From: a virus
DNA length: 64,000 bases
Strand: one strand, 5' to 3'
IMG/VR virus record: IMGVR_UViG_3300026097_000008
Coordinates: 90,977-154,976 of that record
Shown here: positions 19,300 to 27,649 of the stretch, piece after piece
How positions within the stretch are numbered: the stretch's first letter is position 1
Layout of the letters: every line of letters begins with the position of its first letter
Position numbers and translations under genes: made by a program
The notes under the pieces: generated by a model
Databases searched by the model: none
The model's input: the letters and a program-made list of their open reading frames with translations, nothing else
Told to the model about the DNA's origin: nothing

Positions 19300-20052
19300 T
19301 TAACAGTTGCCAGAAAAGTCGAAAATTCTTTGAAAATTTTCTACTGTTATTGTATTAAAGTTGTCAAATTTATTTAGTTCGTCAGGCTGATAATTATCAG
19401 GTGCTATAACTCTAATGTAGTGAGTTTGTTTATGTTCTTGAATAACACTTTTAGTTTGACGCAACCAATTTCCAAAAAAAGTAGCACCATCTAATGACTT
19501 TTTATAGTTAGGTGTATCAGCATACATGTTATTAAAACGCTTTCCATTTTCTAGACCTTGATAATCAAATCCTAAAATGTAAATTGTTTTATATCCATGC
19601 TGACTTGCTAGCCATAATGCTGTAGGACCACTGCTCCAACCTTTTGAAGGATTGAAATAATTGAATCCTTGCATGCGTTGGTATGCTTTGTTTGGATTGG
19701 TCCATACTTCGTGTTTTTTTTGATATCCGGACTTGTTTATTTCTAATATCATTTTAGTATCAACAGCAACTAGATAGTCAGGGTTAAATGTTCTATATAG
19801 AGCATTGCAACCGTATGTATTTCCAAATTGTGTTAAATTTTCCGGATTTATAGGTGATCTACTAGTTCCATTGCCAAGAACAAAGGCTGTGTTCTTTTTT
19901 TCTAATCCTATATTCTTTGTAGGAGCAGCAATAAATTCTATTTTTTGTTCAGGATCTTTATTCAGACGTTTTTCTTCTTTTTGTCTACGCCTTTGTTCTT
20001 TAATAATTTTCCACTGAGATTTAGAATATTGAGATTTATCAATTTTAGCCAT
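19300..20052 (-). CDS. Maf/DUF115 (MptE-like; GT42/CstII-like fold) putative glycosyltransferase
   Basis: Motifs 'AFVLGNGTSR', 'YGCNALYR..PDYLVAVD', 'SSGPTALWLA', 'IYILGFD'. Confidence 0.6.
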   Translation of the reverse strand: MAKIDKSQYSKSQWKIIKEQRRRQKEEKRLNKDPEQKIEFIAAPTKNIGLEKKNTAFVLGNGTSRSPINPENLTQFGNTYGCNALYRTFNPDYLVAVDTKMILEINKSGYQKKHEVWTNPNKAYQRMQGFNYFNPSKGWSSGPTALWLASQHGYKTIYILGFDYQGLENGKRFNNMYADTPNYKKSLDGATFFGNWLRQTKSVIQEHKQTHYIRVIAPDNYQPDELNKFDNFNTITVENFQRIFDFSGNC

Positions 20053-20300
20053 TATACTCCGCCGGCTGCTGCTTGAGCTGCTATTCCATACATTTGTCTT
20101 ACAAAGTCTAGTTCTTTTGACTTTTCATTTGTATGTAGCTCACTTGCTTTCCTTGCACGGTTTATTTGGCGTAGAGTAAGTCTTGTTTTGCGAGTATCGT
20201 CTAAGTCAACAATACTATCGTCATACTGAGGATCGTAGCGATCGTCTTCGATCGGCTCAATAGTTTCTTTGTCGTAATAAAAAAGTTCTCTCAGTATCAT
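20052..20300 (-). CDS. Small conserved-looking head-module protein (82 aa)
   Basis: Follows the portal with its own TATAAATA; translationally coupled to the next ORF. Confidence 0.65.
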   Translation of the reverse strand: MILRELFYYDKETIEPIEDDRYDPQYDDSIVDLDDTRKTRLTLRQINRARKASELHTNEKSKELDFVRQMYGIAAQAAAGGV

Positions 20301-20305
20301 GTTAG

Positions 20306-20313
20306 TATTTATA
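20306..20313 (-). promoter_or_regulatory. gp55-type late promoter (TATAAATA) overlapping portal stop codon
   Basis: Exact consensus. Confidence 0.7.
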
Positions 20314-22063
20314 TCGTTTGATCAGTTGTTGCGCCAGTCGGTGCTGGTTCTTGTCCTGTGACAGTATCAGGTGGAGTTGCTTCAGGTCCTGTTTCTGCTT
20401 CTCCTTCAATAGGAGCTAAGTCTTCTGCTCCATCTAAGTCTGCACTAATACCTGCACTACTAATGCCTGCGGAGCGCATTTCACCTGCTGCATCAGTTGA
20501 TGGTTGATCTAGTGTTTCGTCATTTTCTTCACGCCATAGACGTTCATTTTCTGCAACTTCTTCGTCGCTTAGTCCAAGGAATCTTTTAAGCGCAAATCTA
20601 TTAGACATGTAAGGTATAGCACTCATTTGTGTAAATGTCGGAACGCGACTGTTGTCTAGTTCTGCTTGACGATAGCTTGCAAAATTCTGTGGCGGCATAA
20701 ACTTGAGGTCAAACATGTTAGTATCAATGTTTACACCTTTTTCTAATAAGAAACGTTTAAATTCTTGATTAAACTGTTCTACTACTAGGCCTTGTAGACG
20801 TTCGCAATAAGTGTTAAAACGTAGCTCTTGAATATAAGCTGTGCCTACTCTACCGTCGTTATAGCTAGTTGCTCCGTCATCAGCGCCGGTAGGCAAATAT
20901 GAACTCGGGATTCGTAAGCCGCGTACAAGCTTATTAGTAAAGTATCTAAGATCATCAATTTCTCCTAGGTTAGTTCCGCCCGGTAGTGTTTCAACTTTTG
21001 ATCCACGACCTTCAGCAGTTTGTGGGAAGAAGTAGTCTTCGTTGATTGACAGCGGATTGTAAGAACTGTCTATGACATTTGTGCCTCCGCCTGTCTGCGA
21101 TGGGATACGTCTTTGATGTATTTCCGTCTTGACACGTTCAACAAATTGCATCGCCAAGTGACTTGGCATATTGCCCACATCAACATAGAATACTCTTCTT
21201 TCTGGAGCTCTCTGCACACGATAGATAATAATCGCGTCTTCAAGCAATTCTTTTTGTTTGTAAACTTTAAAAATAGTTTCTAATAAACTATTTCCAAACG
21301 GAAAATTGTTGTCTAATCCTTCGCTTAAACTGAGATGCATAACATGCTCCGCAGCAATAGCAATTTCGCCTTCTTCAATAGTAAATCTATTTCCATTTTG
21401 TACAGGGGAGTTCCCTACCATACCTTGTGCACCGCCAGTAAAATATCCTTGGCCACCTGGTACATTTGGAGATTGAATATTACCATTTGTAATATGCGGA
21501 CTAGTTGCTACTAGATCTTTAAAATTAAGATTAATATCTTTTATTACATATTGCTCAGGAGTTTTTCCTTCGCTTTCGTTTACAATTATACGTGTGACTT
21601 TTGCTGGGTCTACGTAAAATAATTTTTTAGTTTCAGGATCTCTAAGAAAAAATTGATCGCCATACTTAAATGTATTACGAAAAACACGAAACATACGTGT
21701 GTCAAATTGTTGCAGTTTTACCCATTGCTTAAGGTATTGTCCTAAAATTTGTACTTCTGTGTTTGTTGCACTTTTATTAAACTCAAAATCAAAATTTGTA
21801 TTATTTCTTTTGTTTTTTTGTGTACAAAATTCAGCAAGGATATCAAGTGCTGCATTAACTTCTGAATCTTGATCCATTGTGTTATACTGCCCGTAGCGTT
21901 CAACACGATTAGGCGAACCTACATACACGTCTGGAAGATAACTAGAATAGTTTGATCGTGCAGGACCAGCTTGTGTTCCGTTTCTCGATCCGTTTATAGG
22001 TGAGTAATTGCCGCTAGGGTTGTCACCTGTAGGTACTGGTGTGAAGTACTTTTTCCAGCTCAT
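20309..22063 (-). CDS. gp20: Portal vertex protein (T4 gp20 family)
   Basis: 'LLEDAIIIYRVQRAPERRVFYVDVGNMP', 'EDYFFP..EGRGSKVETLPGGTNLGEIDDLRYF'. Confidence 0.97.
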   Translation of the reverse strand: MSWKKYFTPVPTGDNPSGNYSPINGSRNGTQAGPARSNYSSYLPDVYVGSPNRVERYGQYNTMDQDSEVNAALDILAEFCTQKNKRNNTNFDFEFNKSATNTEVQILGQYLKQWVKLQQFDTRMFRVFRNTFKYGDQFFLRDPETKKLFYVDPAKVTRIIVNESEGKTPEQYVIKDINLNFKDLVATSPHITNGNIQSPNVPGGQGYFTGGAQGMVGNSPVQNGNRFTIEEGEIAIAAEHVMHLSLSEGLDNNFPFGNSLLETIFKVYKQKELLEDAIIIYRVQRAPERRVFYVDVGNMPSHLAMQFVERVKTEIHQRRIPSQTGGGTNVIDSSYNPLSINEDYFFPQTAEGRGSKVETLPGGTNLGEIDDLRYFTNKLVRGLRIPSSYLPTGADDGATSYNDGRVGTAYIQELRFNTYCERLQGLVVEQFNQEFKRFLLEKGVNIDTNMFDLKFMPPQNFASYRQAELDNSRVPTFTQMSAIPYMSNRFALKRFLGLSDEEVAENERLWREENDETLDQPSTDAAGEMRSAGISSAGISADLDGAEDLAPIEGEAETGPEATPPDTVTGQEPAPTGATTDQTI

Positions 22064-24369
22064 CTAGCTCTTACCCCTTGTAATAGATTACCGCTTGCAC
22101 CTCTTAGTGCATCTACAGTTTTGTTGCCTGTTCTTGACATATTGTTATTTATTGAAACTAATTGTAACATACTTTGGTTAAGAGTGTCAAGTAATTGCTC
22201 CATGCGCTGGGTGCTTATAGCAGGATCATCATTTATTGCGCTTTTCAATTCTTCAATTGTGTTAGTAAGATCGTTGCTAGTATTATTTTCGGGCATATTT
22301 TCTAGTCTAGATCGTAAGTTGTTGGCCATTTGCATCATAGAGCTTTGCATAGATACAGATTCACTTCTCATAGAAGGCATAATAGATCCCATTGCTTGTT
22401 GCATAGATGCTGATTCACTTTGCATAGCTGTTTGCATTTTAGGTATATTATTTTCTATCACCTGTTGCATAGATGCTGATTCACTTTGCATAGCTGTTTG
22501 CATTTTAGGTATATTATTTTCTATAACCTGTTGCATAGATGCTATTTCTTCTTGCATATTAGGAAGAATTACGCCATTTGCACCTGGAACAAATGTTTCT
22601 GGACCTTCTTCGCCTACAAGGTAAGATCTACCTGTGTTGACTGGACCGCCTAGAGCTCTTGCTCCGTCTCGTTGCACTCTAGCTTTGTCTAATGCACTTG
22701 CAACTTGATCAGAATTAAAACCTAAACCATTTAAAATATCAGGTAAATTTACAATTTCTGTACGCAAGGCATTAGTAGTAATTAAAGGTTTAAATAAACT
22801 TGTAAATGGACTTAGTTCAGCAATTTCTGGATCTACTTCTCCAGGCGTTACTCCTTCGACTATACCTTTACCTATTTCGCCTGCGCCTATAGCTATTGAA
22901 CTTATCGCCTTCAGCCCTTCGGCAGCAGAGTTCTGTAATTCAGTATTAGCACTTAGATTTCTTCCAATTTCTTGATTGATGCCGGCAGCACTATCAGCTA
23001 GTGCAACGGTTGCTATGTTTATTTCTCTAGATATTGCTTGCCCTTCTGCTTCTCCTCCTCTTTGAGCACCAACTCGATCTCTTGCTTCGGCTTGGAATCT
23101 TCTAGCAGCTTCGGCTTCGGTGACGTCTCCAAACCCGCCTGTATATTTTTGTCCAGATGCTTCTGCTCTTTCGCGAGCCATTTGCGCTCGCATTTGTTCT
23201 ATGCCTAGTCTAGTATTTTCAGTTTGTGCAAGATTGTCGGCTACAGTTTGTCCTACACCACTTACTTGACCTAAAGAAGCTGCCGCAGTATTAGTTGCAC
23301 TTACATATTCAGATGCAGAAACTTGCACAGCTCTGTCAGCTTGTTCTCTAAGTCTTATTCGCTTGGTTTCTGCATCTTCTTCGCTTTTTAACACAGCTGC
23401 CATTTGCCTAATTTGTTCAGCTACTTGAGGATTCATTGCAGCAAAATTCTTAGTAAGGTCACTCATAGGAGCACCAGATTGTATCATGTCTTGAAAAAAT
23501 GCTTGAGCCTGCTGACCAGCAGGAGCTAGACCTGCAAATGCTTCGTCAAATCCTCCCTGGATTCCTTCAAGGCCTTGAGCTTCTAAGCGTCTCAGTGCAG
23601 CTATATTTCTACCATCACGTTGTGCGTCTACAAGGCTTTGGCGTTGCTGGTCTGCACTTTCGCCTGTAATTTCTGCCATATAAGCAAGATTTTCAGCCAT
23701 ATTTAGAGTAGCTTGAGCAACTTGATCTGGCCCCATTCCTTCAAGCATTTGTTGACGTCTTAGAAGGTTTGCATTATCTAGCAAGAACTCGTTTGCTTGT
23801 TCTATAGTATATCCTAGGTTCATCATTCCTCGGATAACTTGACCGTCTTCGAACATTGCACGAGATAATTCTGCAAATCTTTTAGCGCCGTTGTTTACAC
23901 CTGTGCCTAACCCTGCCAAGGAATCACTATTTTTACCAACTAGATCTGCAAATGCTTCTAAAGGCATTCTTGTATTAGCAGCAGCAGATCTTAATGCACC
24001 TAGGTCTCCATTAAACCCTGCACCTACTTTAGACAAAGCTTGAAAGGTAGCGTTTGTGTTGTCTAAGTATCCAACTACGCCTTGCACAGAATCGCCAAAC
24101 AATCCAAGGATACCGCCTATAGCAGGCACTTCTTTTGCTAATCTATTAACATTTCCTGTAAAATCGCTTACAGATCCGCCTGCACGACTAACAAATCCTG
24201 TAAGGTCGCCAAAAGCACCTTCTAATTCTTTTGTCTTTTGTCCAAATTTTAAAGAAGATTTGTCAGAGGACGCCCTAGGCTGGGATAGGGTTGATCCTTG
24301 CTGCCTTAATGATTTTGCAAGGGCTTCTATGCTTTCGGGAGATAGATTTACTTCTTCTGTTGCTGACAT
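22060..24369 (-). CDS. Tape-measure / gp29-like tail length protein
   Basis: Long A/Q/E/G-rich helical protein with the tape-measure-type motif 'RALGGPV..G..YLVGEEGPETFVP..NG.ILPN'; adjacent to gp26. Confidence 0.7.
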   Translation of the reverse strand: MSATEEVNLSPESIEALAKSLRQQGSTLSQPRASSDKSSLKFGQKTKELEGAFGDLTGFVSRAGGSVSDFTGNVNRLAKEVPAIGGILGLFGDSVQGVVGYLDNTNATFQALSKVGAGFNGDLGALRSAAANTRMPLEAFADLVGKNSDSLAGLGTGVNNGAKRFAELSRAMFEDGQVIRGMMNLGYTIEQANEFLLDNANLLRRQQMLEGMGPDQVAQATLNMAENLAYMAEITGESADQQRQSLVDAQRDGRNIAALRRLEAQGLEGIQGGFDEAFAGLAPAGQQAQAFFQDMIQSGAPMSDLTKNFAAMNPQVAEQIRQMAAVLKSEEDAETKRIRLREQADRAVQVSASEYVSATNTAAASLGQVSGVGQTVADNLAQTENTRLGIEQMRAQMARERAEASGQKYTGGFGDVTEAEAARRFQAEARDRVGAQRGGEAEGQAISREINIATVALADSAAGINQEIGRNLSANTELQNSAAEGLKAISSIAIGAGEIGKGIVEGVTPGEVDPEIAELSPFTSLFKPLITTNALRTEIVNLPDILNGLGFNSDQVASALDKARVQRDGARALGGPVNTGRSYLVGEEGPETFVPGANGVILPNMQEEIASMQQVIENNIPKMQTAMQSESASMQQVIENNIPKMQTAMQSESASMQQAMGSIMPSMRSESVSMQSSMMQMANNLRSRLENMPENNTSNDLTNTIEELKSAINDDPAISTQRMEQLLDTLNQSMLQLVSINNNMSRTGNKTVDALRGASGNLLQGVRAR
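22397..22543. repeat. 66-bp in-frame tandem repeat (~2.2 copies)
   Basis: Units start at 22397, 22463 and 22529, with one mismatch between the two full copies; encodes ASMQQVIENNIPKMQTAMQSES twice. Confidence 0.95.
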
Positions 24370-24405
24370 TTGTATTCCAAATTAAAATATACGTACTTAA
24401 TTTAT

Positions 24406-24430
24406 TATAAATACTTGTACAATGTATTTA
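24406..24430. promoter_or_regulatory. Face-to-face late promoters for gp26 (+, TATAAATA 24406-24413) and tape measure (-, TAAATA 24425-24430)
   Basis: Both boxes lie in the 74-bp gap between the divergent genes. Confidence 0.65.
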
Positions 24431-24443
24431 GCGAGATTATAAT

Positions 24444-25310
24444 ATGAGTAGTTTTCTTCAAAATTATCAAAGACAACCTAAACTTTTTATAGATTTACCT
24501 AGTAAAGGAAAATACTATGATGCGTCTATTGTAGAAGATGAACAGTATGTGCAAATTCCTGTATTTGGAATGAATGCAATGGACGAAATTATGTTTAAAA
24601 CTCCTGATGCATTGTTCGGAGGCGAAGCTACAGCACAAGTTATACAGAGTTGTATTCCTACAATTAAAGAACCGTGGAAGCTAGTAGGCTTTGATATTGA
24701 TTTTATTTTAATTGCAATAAGAATTGCTACCTACGGCGACGATATGGCTGTATCAACACAATGCCCTAAATGTGCAGAAAGAACAGAAAACAACCTAAGT
24801 TTAACCAACATGATTCAAACTTATGAAACTTTTCCAGTTGATCATAGCTTTTCTATAGACGATCTAACATTTAATCTTAAGCCTTTGACATATAAGCAAA
24901 TGACAGATTTTAGTATCGAAAACTACACTTACGAACGGCAACTTTTACAAATTGCTCAACAAACAGAAATGTCTGATGATGATAAAAATAAAGCAACACA
25001 AGACATATACAATAAAATTAACGACTTAAATTTGCGTGTTGCTATTTCATATGTTAAATCTATTTCTAACAATACAGAAGCAGAAACTAATATTGAAAAT
25101 ATAACACAATTTATTATTCAAAATGACGCTGTTTTTTATAATAATTTAAAAGACAGTGTATTTGAACTAAGCAATCGTTGGCGTGTTCCTAAAATGACTG
25201 CACAGTGTGCAAATGAAGAATGTAATCATGAGTATGAATCAAAAGTAGAATTGGATTACTCAAATTTTTTCGGACTCAAATTCTTACACTCTCGGAATCT
25301 GATCTCTTAA
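24444..25310 (+). CDS. gp26: Baseplate hub assembly protein (T4 gp26-like)
   Basis: 'RQPKLFIDLPSKGKYY', 'DEIMFKTPDAL', 'D.DFILIAIRIATYG', two Cys pairs (CPKC, CANEEC) and terminal 'SNFF'. Confidence 0.8.
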   Translation: MSSFLQNYQRQPKLFIDLPSKGKYYDASIVEDEQYVQIPVFGMNAMDEIMFKTPDALFGGEATAQVIQSCIPTIKEPWKLVGFDIDFILIAIRIATYGDDMAVSTQCPKCAERTENNLSLTNMIQTYETFPVDHSFSIDDLTFNLKPLTYKQMTDFSIENYTYERQLLQIAQQTEMSDDDKNKATQDIYNKINDLNLRVAISYVKSISNNTEAETNIENITQFIIQNDAVFYNNLKDSVFELSNRWRVPKMTAQCANEECNHEYESKVELDYSNFFGLKFLHSRNLIS

Positions 25311-25504
25311 GTTTAGTAGACGATTACGAAAACGATGTAAAACGTATCAAAGACGAACGTTATAGGTTGGGTTGGTATATGAGAGGTTCAATAACATATC
25401 AAAATCTAATGTATAATATTACTAGAGATGATATTGAAATCTTAAACAATATTATCAAAGATAATATAGAAGCTACAGAAAAAACTAGATTGCCTTTAAT
25501 TTAA
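25268..25504 (+). CDS. Start-less 78-codon ORF (gp51-like position), probable -1 frameshift extension of gp26
   Basis: Not in the ORF track. The -1 frame reads FRTQILTLSESDLLSLVDDYENDVKRIKDERYRLGWYMRGSITYQNLMYNITRDDIEILNNIIKDNIEATEKTRLPLI*; slippery A_AAT_TTT_TTC at 25262-25271. Confidence 0.65.
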   Translation, partial: FRTQILTLSESDLLSLVDDYENDVKRIKDERYRLGWYMRGSITYQNLMYNITRDDIEILNNIIKDNIEATEKTRLPLI

Positions 25505-25507
25505 TTC

Positions 25508-26806
25508 TTATCCAGGATCTCCTGAACGCATAATTTCTTTTGCTTCTTCTTTTCCGCGCTTATAAGCAGCTTGCATTTTTGGATTTGATTTAATAAAGTC
25601 TTTAATAATTGCTTTTGCTTTGTTAGGATTTATTGCATTATTCTTGTTTTCTGTATAGGTTATACTATCTCTTACAATATCTCCTGCATCGTCGGCACCG
25701 GCTATTCCCCCTAACCAGTCTAGACGTTCGCCAAACCATTGTTGAGTTCCGTCAACTGCTAGTGCAGTTCCTAAAATTCTTGCAGGGTTCATTAGAGGTC
25801 CAGACATGTTGTTTTCTAACCAATCATTAATTCCTAAAGATTCAAATAACTGATACAATGCCATAGTGCCGCCTACTACAAAGGCACCGCCTGCAACAAG
25901 TGATAATATAGCACCAACCCCGCCAGTGCCTATAGAAAATCCTGTAAGCAAGGCGAATGCTGTCCATCCTCCTGCTAGTACAATGCTTATAACAGCTTCA
26001 ACTATTAATTGATTAAATCTTTCTACAGCTTCTAAATATGCTCTACTTACGCCTGGTGTAAGATTACCGTTTTCTAAACCTGTTAAAAATGCTTGGCGTC
26101 CTGCTTTATCAACATTATTAGCATCGTTTTTTATAGCTCGTAAATAAGCATCCAGTTGATCTTCGAAAGCAGATATATTAATTGCAGAATTTAAAACTAC
26201 AGCAATTTTTGTACTAAAAAGTGCCTTAAGTGTTGAAGCTACACGTGATCCTAAAGCGTCTAATATTTTTCCTAATAAACCTTTTGGAGGATCGTCTGGA
26301 GTATCAGGAGTATCTGGTTTAGCAGTAGGCTTTACTTTATCATCTCCAGGACGTACATCTTTACCAGCAGCCGAATTGCGAATACGTTCTGCTTCTGCAT
26401 CTGCTGCTGCAATCTGTGCTCTAGTATATGATTGACCATTTACCTTAATTTTTCCGTGTCTAGACAACTTTCTTTGTTGGCTTCTACTAAGACTATCACT
26501 TGTAGGTGTGCCAGGTTTAACACCTGCTTTTAATTCACCAGGATCTTTAGGAGTATCAGTAGGTGTTGCAGGACCAACTTTAGGAGCATCGCCTTTAGGC
26601 TGATCTACGATTGGAGTTGGCGCTTTTGCACCAGGCAACATTTCCTTAGCTCGTATTTCAGCAGCATATCTGTTAGATGCAATAGATGTTTTTCCATCAG
26701 GAGCAGTAATTTTTATCTGTCCGTCATCAAGTGTATCAAAAGAAAATCCTTGAAGTGGTCCTTTTTTTACAATAGTTTTTGCTTCTGTTATTTGATATAC
26801 CTTCAT
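25508..26806 (-). CDS. Putative internal head / ejected protein with hydrophobic hairpin (432 aa)
   Basis: Own late promoter; N-terminus MKVYQITE; P/K/D-rich linker; two Gly-rich hydrophobic segments. Confidence 0.55.
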   Translation of the reverse strand: MKVYQITEAKTIVKKGPLQGFSFDTLDDGQIKITAPDGKTSIASNRYAAEIRAKEMLPGAKAPTPIVDQPKGDAPKVGPATPTDTPKDPGELKAGVKPGTPTSDSLSRSQQRKLSRHGKIKVNGQSYTRAQIAAADAEAERIRNSAAGKDVRPGDDKVKPTAKPDTPDTPDDPPKGLLGKILDALGSRVASTLKALFSTKIAVVLNSAINISAFEDQLDAYLRAIKNDANNVDKAGRQAFLTGLENGNLTPGVSRAYLEAVERFNQLIVEAVISIVLAGGWTAFALLTGFSIGTGGVGAILSLVAGGAFVVGGTMALYQLFESLGINDWLENNMSGPLMNPARILGTALAVDGTQQWFGERLDWLGGIAGADDAGDIVRDSITYTENKNNAINPNKAKAIIKDFIKSNPKMQAAYKRGKEEAKEIMRSGDPG

Positions 26807-26831
26807 AATCGTCCTTCGATATTGTTAAGTA

Positions 26832-26837
26832 TATTTA
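26832..26837 (-). promoter_or_regulatory. gp55-type late promoter (cATAAATA)
   Basis: TAAATA followed by GAAGGA RBS and ATG at 26806. Confidence 0.65.
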
Positions 26838-26841
26838 TGTC

Positions 26842-26942
26842 TCAACTTCGTTGATCCAAGTTTTCGCTATCGCTCAAACTGTTTACTTCGTAATTAATTA
26901 TGTGATATATTATTTGAAACGCATTATTACGAAGTAATAATG
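26842..26942. repeat. Cluster of short inverted repeats with GAA/TTC loops
   Basis: TCAAC-TTC-GTTGA (26842-26854), TTAC-TTC-GTAA (26883-26893), CATTATTAC-GAA-GTAATAATG (26922-26942); 12-bp inverted repeat 26883-26894 / 26926-26937. Confidence 0.85.
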
Positions 26943-26944
26943 TT

Positions 26945-27410
26945 TAAGTTTCATGTAGATTGTTTCAGTCAGACGGAACCTGTTACGGTTCCATCTAATC
27001 TCAAAAATAGCTTCATGTGAGTTCGCCACCAGCCGAGACTTGGAAGTAGGTGTTTTCTGCTACACAATGGGCTCTGACCTTTCCCAACCTACGTCGACAT
27101 CACATAATGCGCATTTATTTGCACTTTATCTGTAAAAATACAAGTTAAAGTGCAAATGATTGCACACTATGCTACCTTCCGCTTCGTTCCTGTTGCTAAG
27201 AAGTTTTTGTGTGTAATTTGCAGTTTTTCGAATGACAGCAATTCATCCTATGTCAATACGTTGGGCATATGGTTCGAACCCTCAGACTCACTTCCATTTT
27301 TCAGGATACTAGGATCTACCTAGGGGAGTGTCTCAACATGTTACGTGTGCTCCGATCAAGGATGCTTTTTCCACAGCGGTATTACAATCTGGCCCGCTAA
27401 CCTTATGTGC
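26945..27410 (-). ncRNA. Candidate large structured ncRNA (~470 nt) downstream of GIY-YIG nuclease
   Basis: Largest non-coding gap in the window; several long stems whose mismatches are G-U pairs only on the minus strand. Confidence 0.6.
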
Positions 27411-27412
27411 TG

Positions 27413-27649
27413 TTATATGCTGCCTTTTGGTAACCATGTAACAAATTTGCCGTTGCAATCGTTACATATTACTTTGCCTGCGTGTGGGCCTAAATCTAAC
27501 TTTATAACTTGCCAGTTGTGATTTTCGTGGATGCCTAACTTGATATCTTTCTTAGGTTTTTTCTTTTTCAATTGATTGCGTTCAATTGCTTCGGCATAGT
27601 GATCTATCTTATCGTATTGATTACGTTTTTGATGATTTAACTTTGCCAT
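27413..27649 (-). CDS. Small basic protein with putative Zn site (H...H...CxxC)
   Basis: 78 aa, 'LKKKKPKK', 'HENH...GPHAGKVICNDCNGKFVTW'; overlaps the end of the GIY-YIG gene by 29 bp. Confidence 0.6.
   Translation of the reverse strand: MAKLNHQKRNQYDKIDHYAEAIERNQLKKKKPKKDIKLGIHENHNWQVIKLDLGPHAGKVICNDCNGKFVTWLPKGSI

Noticed and set aside
27251-27280. tRNA gene at GGTTCGAACC, and a promoter at the nearby minus-strand TTGACA
   Set aside because: No acceptor, D or anticodon arms at proper spacing; the TTGACA has no -10 box at 16-18 nt.
26945-27410. Group I/II intron, RNase P or tmRNA identity for the large non-coding element
   Set aside because: No recognisable P7 (R/S) elements, domain V, GAGGAAAGUCC or tmRNA ends, and flanking genes appear intact; left as unknown pending a covariance-model search.
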